Below, piece by piece: positions 25,339-38,100 of a DNA stretch of 64,000 bases; position 1 is the first letter of the stretch, and each line of letters starts with the position of its first letter. The notes beneath the pieces are model-generated. The model was not told the origin of the DNA. It saw nothing but the letters and a program-made list of their open reading frames with translations, and made no database searches. The position numbers and the translations under genes are program-made. The stretch comes from Auanema rhodensis (lineage: Eukaryota > Animalia > Nematoda): positions 496,001 through 560,000 of the forward strand of contig CAXKVF010000078.1 in assembly GCA_964057225.1 (NCBI GenBank). Reading direction: 5' to 3'.

Positions 25339-27802
25339 GGTTACCATGCACAAATATCAATAAAAATTTGTTTTTAGACTAATATGGACATGGGGAATCT
25401 AATTTTGAAAACCGCATCTCTTTATCTTTCACGTGAAGCGAGTTACATACCAAGTGCACATCACGTGTACATTTAATTAGCATAAACTAAAGTTCACGTA
25501 AATTTCAAAGTCATGGTTACCATGAACCAATATCAATAAAAATTTGTTTTTAGACTAATATGGACATGGGGAATCTAATTTTGAAAACCGCATCTCTTTA
25601 TCTTTCACGTGAAGCGAGTTACATACCAAGTGCACATCACGTGTACATTTAATTAGCATAAATTAAAGTTCACGTAAATTTCAAAGTCATGGTTACCATG
25701 AAGCAATATCAATAAAAATTTGTTTTTAGACTAATATGGACATGGGGAATCTAATTTTGAAAACCGCATCTCTTTATCTTTCACGTGAAGCGAGTTACAT
25801 ACCAAGTGCACATCACGTGTACATTTAATTAGCATAAATTAAAGTTCACGTAAAATTCAAAGTCATGGTTACCATGCACCAATATCAATAAAAATTTGTT
25901 TTTAGACTAATATGGACATGGGGAATCTAATTTTGAAAACCGCATCTCTTTATCTTTTACGTGAAGCGAGTTACATACCAAGTGCACATCACGTGTACAT
26001 TTAATTAGCATAAATTAAAGTTCACGTAAATTTCAAAGTCATGGTTACCATGCACCAATATCAATAAAAATTTGTTTTTAGACTAATATGGACATGGGGA
26101 ATCTAATTTTGAAAACCGCATCTCTTTATCTTTTACGTGAAGCGAGTTACATACCAAGTGCACATCACGTGTACATTTAATTAGCATAAATTAAAGTTCA
26201 CGTAAATTTCAAAGTCATGGTTACCATGAACCAATATCAATAAAAATTTGTTTTTAGACTAATATGGACATGGGGAATCTAATTTTGAAAACCGCATCTC
26301 TTTATCTTTTACCTGAAGCGAGTTACATACCAAGTGCACATCACGTGTACATTTAATTAGCATAAATTAAAGTTCACGTAAATTTCAAAGTCATGGTTAC
26401 CATGAACCAATATCAATAAAAATTTGTTTTTAGACCAATATGGACATGGGAAATCTAATTTTGAAAATCGCATCTCTTTATCTTTCACGTGAAGCGAGTT
26501 ACATACCAAGTGCACATCACGTGTACATTCAATTAGCATAAATTAAAGTTCACGTAAAATTCAAAGTCATGGTTACCATGCACCAATATCAATAAAAATT
26601 TGTTTTTAGACTAATATGGACAAGGGGAATCTAATTTTGAAAACCGCATCTCTTTATCTTTCACGTGAAGCGAGTTACATACCAAGTGCACATCACGTGT
26701 ACATTTAATTAGCATAAATTAAAGTTCACGTAAATTTCAAAGTCATGGTTACCATGCACCAATATCAATAAAAATTTGTTTTTAGACTAATATGGACATG
26801 GGGAATCTAATTTTGAAAACCGCATCTCTTTATCTTTCACGTGAAGCGAGTTACATACCAAGTGCACATCACGTGTACATTTAATTAGCATAAACTAAAG
26901 TTCACGTAAATTTCAAAGTCATGGTTACCATGAACCAATATCAATAAAAATTTGTTTTTAGACTAATATGGACATGGGGAATCTAATTTTGAAAACCGCA
27001 TCTCTTTATCTTTCACGTGAAGCGAGTTACATACCAAGTGCACATCACGTGTACATTTAATTAGCATAAATTAAAGTTCACGTAAATTTCAAAGTCATGG
27101 TTACCATGAAGCAATATCAATAAAAATTTGTTTTTAGACTAATATGGACATGGGGAATCTAATTTTGAAAACCGCATCTCTTTATCTTTCACGTGAAGCG
27201 AGTTACATACCAAGTGCACATCACGTGTACATTTAACTAGCATAAATTAAAGTTCACGTAAAATTCAAAGTCATGGTTACCATGCACCAATATCAATAAA
27301 AATTTGTTTTTAGACTAATATGGACATGGGGAATCTAATTTTGAAAACCGCATCTCTTTATCTTTTACGTGAAGCGAGTTACATACCAAGTGCACATCAC
27401 GTGTACATTTAATTAGCATAAATTAAAGTTCACGTAAATTTCAAAGTCATGGTTACCATGCACCAATATCAATAAAAATTTGTTTTTAGACTAATATGGA
27501 CATGGGGAATCTAATTTTGAAAACCGCATCTCTTTATCTTTTACGTGAAGCGAGTTACATACCAAGTGCACATCACGTGTACATTTAATTAGCATAAATT
27601 AAAGTTCACGTAAATTTCAAAGTCATGGTTACCATGAACCAATATCAATAAAAATTTGTTTTTAGACTAATATGGACATGGGGAATCTGTTTTGGAAAAC
27701 CGCATCTCTTTATCTTTCACGTGAAGCGAGTTACATACCAAGTGCACATCACGTGTACATTTAATTAGCATAAATTAAAGTTCACGTAAATTTCAAAGTC
27801 AT
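24987..27802 (+). repeat. Second 8-monomer higher-order repeat (1408 bp), two tandem copies
   Basis: The order G57A+T136C+T165A / T53A / T149C / AAC / AAG+T165A / C92T / C92T / AAC occurs at 24987-26394 and 26395-27802, each copy with private SNPs. Confidence 0.85.
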
Positions 27803-30800
27803 GGTTACCATGCACCAATATCAATAAAAATTTGTTTTTAGACTAATATGGACATGGGGAATCTAATTTTGAAAACCGCATCTCTTTATCTTTCACGTGA
27901 AGCGAGTTACATACCAAGTGCACATCACGTGTACATTTAATTAGCATAAATTAAAGTTCACGTAAATTTCAAAGTCATGGTTACCATGAACCAATATCAA
28001 TAAAAATTTGTTTTTAGACTAATATGGACATGGGAAATCTAATTTTGAAAACCGCATCTCTTTATCTTTCACGTGAAGCGAGTTACATACCAAGTGCACA
28101 TCACGTGTACATTTAATTAGCATAAATTAAAGTTCACGTAAATTTCAAAGTCATGGTTACCATGCACCAATATCAATAAAAATTTGTTTTTAGACTAATA
28201 TGGACATGGGGAATCTAATTTTGAAAACCGCATCTCTTTATCTTTCACGTGAAGCGAGTTACATACCAAGTGCACATCACGTGTACATTTAATTAGCATA
28301 AATTAAAGTTCACGTAAATTTCAAAGTCATGGTTACCATGAACCAATATCAATAAAAATTTGTTTTTAGACTAATATGGACATGGGGAATCTAATTTTGA
28401 AAACCGCATTTCTTTATCTTTCACGTGAAGCGAGTTACATACCAAGTGCACATCACGTGTACATTTAATTAGCATAAATTAAAGTTCACGTAAATTTCAA
28501 AGTCATGGTTACCATGCACCAATATCAATAAAAATTTGTTTTTAGACTAATATGGACATGGGGAATCTAATTTTGAAAACCGCATCTCTTTATCTTTCAC
28601 GTGAAGCGAGTTACATACCAAGTGCACATCACGTGTACATTTAATTAGCATAAATTAAAGTTCACGTAAATTTCAAAGTCATGGTTACCATGAAGCAATA
28701 TCAATAAAAATTTGTTTTTAGACTAATATGGACATGGGAAATCTAATTTTGAAAACCGCATCTCTTTATCTTTCACGTGAAGCGAGTTACATACCAAGTG
28801 CACATCACGTGTACATTTAATTAGCATAAATTAAAGTTCACGTAAATTTCAAAGTCATGGTTACCATGAACCAATATCAATAAAAATTTGTTTTTAGACT
28901 AATATGGACATGGGGAATCTAATTTTGAAAACCGCATCTCTTTATCTTTCACGTGAAGCGAGTTACATACCAAGTGCACATCACGTGTACATTTAATTAG
29001 CATAAATTAAAGTTCACGTAAATTTCAAAGTCATGGTTACCATGAAGCAATATCAATAAAAATTTGTTTTTAGACTAATATGGACATGGGGAATCTAATT
29101 TTGAAAACCGCATCTCTTTATCTTTCACGTGAAGCGAGTTACATACCAAGTGCACATCACGTGTACATTTAATTAGCATAAATTAAAGTTCACGTAAATT
29201 TCAAAGTCATGGTTACCATGCACCAATATCAATAAAAATTGGTTTTTAGACTAATATGGACATGGGGAATCTAATTTTGAAAACCGCATCTCTTTATCTT
29301 TCACGTGAAGCGAGTTACATACCAAGTGCACATCACGTGTACATTTAATTAGCATAAATTAAAGTTCACGTAAATTTCAAAGTCATGGTTACCATGCACC
29401 AATATCAATAAAAATTTGTTTTTAGACTAATATGGACATGGGGAATCTAATTTTGAAAACCGCATCTCTTTATCTTTCACGTGAAGCGAGTTACATACCA
29501 AGTGCACATCACGTGTACATTTAATTAGCATAAATTAAAGTTCACGTAAATTTCAAAGTTATGGTTACCATGCACCAATATCAATAAAAATTTGTTTTTA
29601 GACTAATATGGACATGGGGAATCTAATTTTGAAAACCGCATCTCTTTATCTTTCACGTGAAGCGAGTTACATACCAAGTGCACATCAAGTGTACATTTAA
29701 TTAGCATAAATTAAAGTTCACGTAAATTTCAAAGTCATGGTTACCATGCACCAATATCAATAAAAATTGGTTTTTAGACTAATATGGACATGGGGAATCT
29801 AATTTTGAAAACCGCATCTCTTTATCTTTCACGTGAAGCGAGTTACATACCAAGTGCACATCACGTGTACATTTAATTAGCATAAATTAAAGTTCACGTA
29901 AATTTCAAAGTCATGGTTACCATGCACCAATATCAATAAAAATTTGTTTTTAGACTAATATGGACATGGGGAATCTAATTTTGAAAACCGCATCTCTTTA
30001 TCTTTCACGTGAAGCGAGTTACATACCAAGTGCACATCACGTGTACATTTAATTAGCATAAATTAAAGTTCACGTAAATTTCAAAGTCATGGTTACCATG
30101 CACCAATATCAATAAAAATTGGTTTTTAGACTAATATGGACATGGGGAATCTAATTTTGAAAACCGCATCTCTTTATCTTTCACGTGAAGCGAGTTACAT
30201 ACCAAGTGCACATCACGTGTACATTTAATTAGCATAAATTAAAGTTCACGTAAATTTCAAAGTCATGGTTACCATGCACCAATATCAATAAAAATTTGTT
30301 TTTAGACTAATATGGACATGGGGAATCTAATTTTGAAAACCGCATCTCTTTATCTTTCACGTGAAGCGAGTTACATACCAAGTGCACATCACGTGTACAT
30401 TTAATTAGCATAAATTAAAGTTCACGTAAATTTCAAAGTTATGGTTACCATGCACCAATATCAATAAAAATTTGTTTTTAGACTAATATGGACATGGGGA
30501 ATCTAATTTTGAAAACCGCATCTCTTTATCTTTCACGTGAAGCGAGTTACATACCAAGTGCACATCAAGTGTACATTTAATTAGCATAAATTAAAGTTCA
30601 CGTAAATTTCAAAGTCATGGTTACCATGAACCAATATCAATAAAAATTTGTTTTTAGACTAATATGGACATGGGGAATCTAATTTTGAAAACCGCATCTC
30701 TTTATCTTTCACGTGAAGCGAGTTACATACCAAGTGCACATCACGTGTACATTTAATTAGCATAAATTAAAGTTCACGTAAATTTCAAAGTCATGGTTAC

Positions 30801-32026
30801 CATGAACCAATATCAATAAAAATTTGTTTTTAGACTAATATGGACATGGGGAATCTAATTTTGAAAACCGCATCTCTTTATCTTTCACGTGAAGCGAGTT
30901 ACATACCAAGTGCACATCACGTGTACATTTAATTAGCATAAATTAAAGTTCACGTAAAATTCAAAGTCATGGTTACCATGCACCAATATCAATAAAAATT
31001 TGTTTTTAGACTAATATGGACATGGGGAATCTAATTTTGAAAACCGCATCTCTTTATCTTTCACGTGAAGCGAGTTACATACCAAGTGCACATCACGTGT
31101 ACATTTAATTAGCATAAATTAAAGTTCACGTAAATTTCAAAGTCATGGTTACCATGAAGCAATATCAATAAAAATTTGTTTTTAGACTAATATGGACATG
31201 GGAAATCTAATTTTGAAAACCGCATCTCTTTATCTTTCACGTGAAGCGAGTTACATACCAAGTGCACATCACGTGTACATTTAATTAGCATAAATTAAAG
31301 TTCACGTAAATTTCAAAGTCATGGTTACCATGCACCAATATCAATAAAAATTGGTTTTTAGACTAATATGGACATGGGGAATCTAATTTTGAAAACCGCA
31401 TCTCTTTATCTTTAACGTGAAGCGAGTTACATACCAAGTGCACATCACGTGTACATTTAATTAGCATAAATTAAAGTTCACGTAAAATTCAAAGTCATGG
31501 TTACCATGCACCAATATCAATAAAAATTTGTTTTTAGACTAATATGGACATGGGGAATCTAATTTTGAAAACCGCATCTCTTTATCTTTTACGTGAAGCG
31601 AGTTACATACCAAGTGCACATCACGTGTACATTTAATTAGCATAAATTAAAGTTCACGTAAATTTCAAAGTCATGGTTACCATGAACCAATATCAATAAA
31701 AATTTGTTTTTAGACTAATATGGACATGGGGAATCTAATTTTGAAAACCGCATTTCTTTATCTTTCACGTGAAGCGAGTTACATACCAAGTGCACATCAC
31801 GTGTACATTTAATTAGCATAAATTAAAGTTCACGTAAATTTCAAAGTCATGGTTACCATGCACCAATATCAATAAAAATTTGTTTTTAGACTAATATGGA
31901 CATGGGGAATCTAATTTTGAAAACCGCATCTCTTTATCTTTTACGTGAAGCGAGTTACATACCAAGTGCACATCACGTGTACATTTAATTAGCATAAATT
32001 AAAGTTCACGTAAATTTCAAAGTCAT

Positions 32027-35000
32027 GGTTACCATGAAGCAATATCAATAAAAATTTGTTTTTAGACTAATATGGACATGGGAAATCTAATTTTGAAAAC
32101 CGCATCTCTTTATCTTTCACGTGAAGCGAGTTACATACCAAGTGCACATCACGTGTACATTTAATTAGCATAAATTAAAGTTCACGTAAATTTCAAAGTC
32201 ATGGTTACCATGAACCAATATCAATAAAAATTTGTTTTTAGACTAATATGGACATGGGGAATCTAATTTTGAAAACCGCATCTCTTTATCTTTCACGTGA
32301 AGCGAGTTACATACCAAGTGCACATCACGTGTACATTTAATTAGCATAAATTAAAGTTCACGTAAATTTCAAAGTCATGGTTACCATGAAGCAATATCAA
32401 TAAAAATTTGTTTTTAGACTAATATGGACATGGGGAATCTAATTTTGAAAACCGCATCTCTTTATCTTTCACGTGAAGCGAGTTACATACCAAGTGCACA
32501 TCACGTGTACATTTAATTAGCATAAATTAAAGTTCACGTAAATTTCAAAGTCATGGTTACCATGCACCAATATCAATAAAAATTGGTTTTTAGACTAATA
32601 TGGACATGGGGAATCTAATTTTGAAAACCGCATCTCTTTATCTTTCACGTGAAGCGAGTTACATACCAAATGCACATCACGTGTACATTTAATTAGCATA
32701 AATTAAAGTTCACGTAAATTTCAAAGTCATGGTTACCATGCACCAATATCAATAAAAATTTGTTTTTAGACTAATATGGACATGGGGAATCTAATTTTGA
32801 AAACCGCATCTCTTTATCTTTCACGTGAAGCGAGTTACATACCAAGTGCACATCAAGTGTACATTTAATTAGCATAAATTAAAGTTCACGTAAATTTCAA
32901 AGTCATGGTTACCATGCACCAATATCAATAAAAATTTGTTTTTAGACTAATATGGACATGGGGAATCTAATTTTGAAAACCGCATCTCTTTATCTTTCAC
33001 GTGAAGCGAGTTACATACCAAGTGCACATCACGTGTACATTTAATTAGCATAAATTAAAGTTCACGTAAATTTCAAAGTTATGGTTACCATGCACCAATA
33101 TCAATAAAAATTTGTTTTTAGACTAATATGGACATGGGGAATCTAATTTTGAAAACCGCATCTCTTTATCTTTCACGTGAAGCGAGTTACATACCAAGTG
33201 CACATCACGTGTACATTTAATTAGCATAAATTAAAGTTCACGTAAATTTCAAAGTCATGGTTACCATGCACCAATATCAATAAAAATTTGTTTTTAGACT
33301 AATATGGACATGGGGAATCTAATTTTGAAAACCGCATCTCTTTATCTTTCACGTGAAGCGAGTTACATACCAAGTGCACATCACGTGTACATTTAATTAG
33401 CATAAATTAAAGTTCACGTAAATTTCAAAGTCATGGTTACCATGCACCAATATCAATAAAAATTTGTTTTTAGACTAATATGGACATGGGGAATCTAATT
33501 TTGAAAACCGCATCTCTTTATCTTTCACGTGAAGCGAGTTACATACCAAGTGCACATCACGTGTACATTTAATTAGCATAAATTAAAGTTCACGTAAATT
33601 TCAAAGTCATGGTTACCATGAAGCAATATCAATAAAAATTTGTTTTTAGACTAATATGGACATGGGAAATCTAATTTTGAAAACCGCATCTCTTTATCTT
33701 TCACGTGAAGCGAGTTACATACCAAGTGCACATCACGTGTACATTTAATTAGCATAAATTAAAGTTCACGTAAATTTCAAAGTCATGGTTACCATGCACC
33801 AATATCAATAAAAATTTGTTTTTAGACTAATATGGACATGGGGAATCTAATTTTGAAAACCGCATCTCTTTATCTTTCACGTGAAGCGAGTTACATACCA
33901 AGTGCACATCACGTGTACATTTAATTAGCATAAATTAAAGTTCACGTAAATTTCAAAGTCATGGTTACCATGAAGCAATATCAATAAAAATTTGTTTTTA
34001 GACTAATATGGACATGGGAAATCTAATTTTGAAAACCGCATCTCTTTATCTTTCACGTGAAGCGAGTTACATACCAAGTGCACATCACGTGTACATTTAA
34101 TTAGCATAAATTAAAGTTCACGTAAATTTCAAAGTCATGGTTACCATGAACCAATATCAATAAAAATTTGTTTTTAGACTAATATGGACATGGGGAATCT
34201 AATTTTGAAAACCGCATCTCTTTATCTTTCACGTGAAGCGAGTTACATACCAAGTGCACATCACGTGTACATTTAATTAGCATAAATTAAAGTTCACGTA
34301 AATTTCAAAGTCATGGTTACCATGAAGCAATATCAATAAAAATTTGTTTTTAGACTAATATGGACATGGGGAATCTAATTTTGAAAACCGCATCTCTTTA
34401 TCTTTCACGTGAAGCGAGTTACATACCAAGTGCACATCACGTGTACATTTAATTAGCATAAATTAAAGTTCACGTAAATTTCAAAGTCATGGTTACCATG
34501 CACCAATATCAATAAAAATTGGTTTTTAGACTAATATGGACATGGGGAATCTAATTTTGAAAACCGCATCTCTTTATCTTTCACGTGAAGCGAGTTACAT
34601 ACCAAATGCACATCACGTGTACATTTAATTAGCATAAATTAAAGTTCACGTAAATTTCAAAGTCATGGTTACCATGCACCAATATCAATAAAAATTTGTT
34701 TTTAGACTAATATGGACATGGGGAATCTAATTTTGAAAACCGCATCTCTTTATCTTTCACGTGAAGCGAGTTACATACCAAGTGCACATCAAGTGTACAT
34801 TTAATTAGCATAAATTAAAGTTCACGTAAATTTCAAAGTCATGGTTACCATGCACCAATATCAATAAAAATTTGTTTTTAGACTAATATGGACATGGGGA
34901 ATCTAATTTTGAAAACCGCATCTCTTTATCTTTCACGTGAAGCGAGTTACATACCAAGTGCACATCACGTGTACATTTAATTAGCATAAATTAAAGTTCA

Positions 35001-35194
35001 CGTAAATTTCAAAGTTATGGTTACCATGCACCAATATCAATAAAAATTTGTTTTTAGACTAATATGGACATGGGGAATCTAATTTTGAAAACCGCATCTC
35101 TTTATCTTTCACGTGAAGCGAGTTACATACCAAGTGCACATCACGTGTACATTTAATTAGCATAAATTAAAGTTCACGTAAATTTCAAAGTCAT
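32027..35194 (+). repeat. 7-monomer block duplicated at an 11-monomer (1936-bp) offset
   Basis: AAG+G57A / AAC / AAG / T31G+G116A / C126A / C174T / CAC occurs at 32027-33258 and 33963-35194. Confidence 0.85.
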
Positions 35195-38100
35195 GGTTAC
35201 CATGCACCAATATCAATAAAAATTTGTTTTTAGACTAATATGGACATGGGGAATCTAATTTTGAAAACCGCATCTCTTTATCTTTCACGTGAAGCGAGTT
35301 ACATACCAAGTGCACATCACGTGTACATTTAATTAGCATAAATTAAAGTTCACGTAAATTTCAAAGTTATGGTTACCATGCACCAATATCAATAAAAATT
35401 TGTTTTTAGACTAATATGGACATGGGGAATCTAATTTTGAAAACCGCATCTCTTTATCTTTCACGTGAAGCGAGTTACATACCAAGTGCACATCAAGTGT
35501 ACATTTAATTAGCATAAATTAAAGTTCACGTAAATTTCAAAGTCATGGTTACCATGCACCAATATCAATAAAAATTGGTTTTTAGACTAATATGGACATG
35601 GGGAATCTAATTTTGAAAACCGCATCTCTTTATCTTTCACGTGAAGCGAGTTACATACCAAGTGCACATCACGTGTACATTTAATTAGCATAAATTAAAG
35701 TTCACGTAAATTTCAAAGTCATGGTTACCATGCACCAATATCAATAAAAATTTGTTTTTAGACTAATATGGACATGGGGAATCTAATTTTGAAAACCGCA
35801 TCTCTTTATCTTTCACGTGAAGCGAGTTACATACCAAGTGCACATCACGTGTACATTTAATTAGCATAAATTAAAGTTCACGTAAATTTCAAAGTCATGG
35901 TTACCATGCACCAATATCAATAAAAATTTGTTTTTAGACTAATATGGACATGGGGAATCTAATTTTGAAAACCGCATCTCTTTATCTTTCACGTGAAGCG
36001 AGTTACATACCAAGTGCACATCACGTGTACATTTAATTAGCATAAATTAAAGTTCACGTAAATTTCAAAGTCATGGTTACCATGCACCAATATCAATAAA
36101 AATTTGTTTTTAGACTAATATGGACATGGGGAATCTGATTTGGAAAACCGCATCTCTTTATCTTTCACGTGAAGCGAGTTACATACCAAGTGCACATCAC
36201 GTGTACATTTAATTAGCATAAATTAAAGTTCACGTAAATTTCAAAGTCATGGTTACCATGCACCAATATCAATAAAAATTTGTTTTTAGACTAATATGGA
36301 CATGGGGAATCTAATTTTGAAAACCGCATCTCTTTATCTTTCACGTGAAGCGAGTTACATACCAAGTGCACATCACGTGTACATTTAATTAGCATAAATT
36401 AAAGTTCACGTAAATTTCAAAGTCATGGTTACCATGAACCAATATCAATAAAAATTTGTTTTTAGACTAATATGGACATGGGGAATCTAATTTTGAAAAC
36501 CGCATCTCTTTATCTTTCACGTGAAGCGAGTTACATACCAAGTGCACATCACGTGTACATTTAATTAGCATAAATTAAAGTTCACGTAAATTTCAAAGTC
36601 ATGGTTACCATGCACCAATATCAATAAAAATTTGTTTTTAGACTAATATGGACATGGGGAATCTAATTTTGAAAACCGCATCTCTTTATCTTTCACGTGA
36701 AGCGAGTTACATACCAAGTGCACATCACGTGTACATTTAATTAGCATAAATTAAAGTTCACGTAAATTTCAAAGTCATGGTTACCATGCACCAATATCAA
36801 TAAAAATTTGTTTTTAGACTAATATGGACATGGGGAATCTAATTTTGAAAACCGCATCTCTTTATCTTTCACGTGAAGCGAGTTACATACCAAGTGCACA
36901 TCACGTGTACATTTAATTAGCATAAATTAAAGTTCACGTAAATTTCAAAGTCATGGTTACCATGCACCAATATCAATAAAAATTTGTTTTTAGACTAATA
37001 TGGACATGGGGAATCTAATTTTGAAAACCGCATCTCTTTATCTTTCACGTGAAGCGAGTTACATACCAAGTGCACATCACGTGTACATTTAATTAGCATA
37101 AATTAAAGTTCACGTAAATTTCAAAGTTATGGTTACCATGCACCAATATCAATAAAAATTTGTTTTTAGACTAATATGGACATGGGGAATCTAATTTTGA
37201 AAACCGCATCTCTTTATCTTTCACGTGAAGCGAGTTACATACCAAGTGCACATCACGTGTACATTTATTTAGCATAAATTAAAGTTCACGTAAGTTTCAA
37301 AGTCATGGTTACCATGAAGCAATATCAATAAAAATTTGTTTTTAGACTAATATGGACATGGGGAATCTAATTTTGAAAACCGCATCTCTTTATCTTTCAC
37401 GTGAAGCGAGTTACATACCAAGTGCACATCACGTGTACATTTAATTAGCATAAATTAAAGTTCACGTAAATTTCAAAGTCATGGTTACCATGAAGCAATA
37501 TCAATAAAAATTTGTTTTTAGACTAATATGGACATGGGAAATCTAATTTTGAAAACCGCATCTCTTTATCTTTCACGTGAAGCGAGTTACATACCAAGTG
37601 CACATCACGTGTACATTTAATTAGCATAAATTAAAGTTCACGTAAATTTCAAAGCCATGGTTACCATGAACCAATATCAATAAAAATTTGTTTTTAGACT
37701 AATATGGACATGGGGAATCTAATTTTGAAAACCGCATCTCTTTATCTTTCACGTGAAGCGAGTTACATACCAAGTGCACATCACGTGTACATTTAATTAG
37801 CATAAATTAAAGTTCACGTAAATTTCAAAGTCATGGTTACCATGCACCAATATCAATAAAAATTTGTTTTTAGACTAATATGGACATGGGGAATCTAATT
37901 TTGAAAACCGCATCTCTTTATCTTTCACGTGAAGCGAGTTACATACCAAGTGCACATCACGTGTACATTTAATTAGCATAAATTAAAGTTCACGTAAATT
38001 TCAAAGTCATGGTTACCATGAAGCAATATCAATAAAAATTTGTTTTTAGACTAATATGGACATGGGGAATCTAATTTTGAAAACCGCATCTCTTTATCTT

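Noticed and set aside
26357-26539. 60-aa minus-strand ORF from the supplied track
   Set aside because: It lies wholly within satellite monomers. A private T>C at 26436 turns the usual TAG stop into TGG and lengthens a ~34-codon frame present in every copy. No evidence of a gene.
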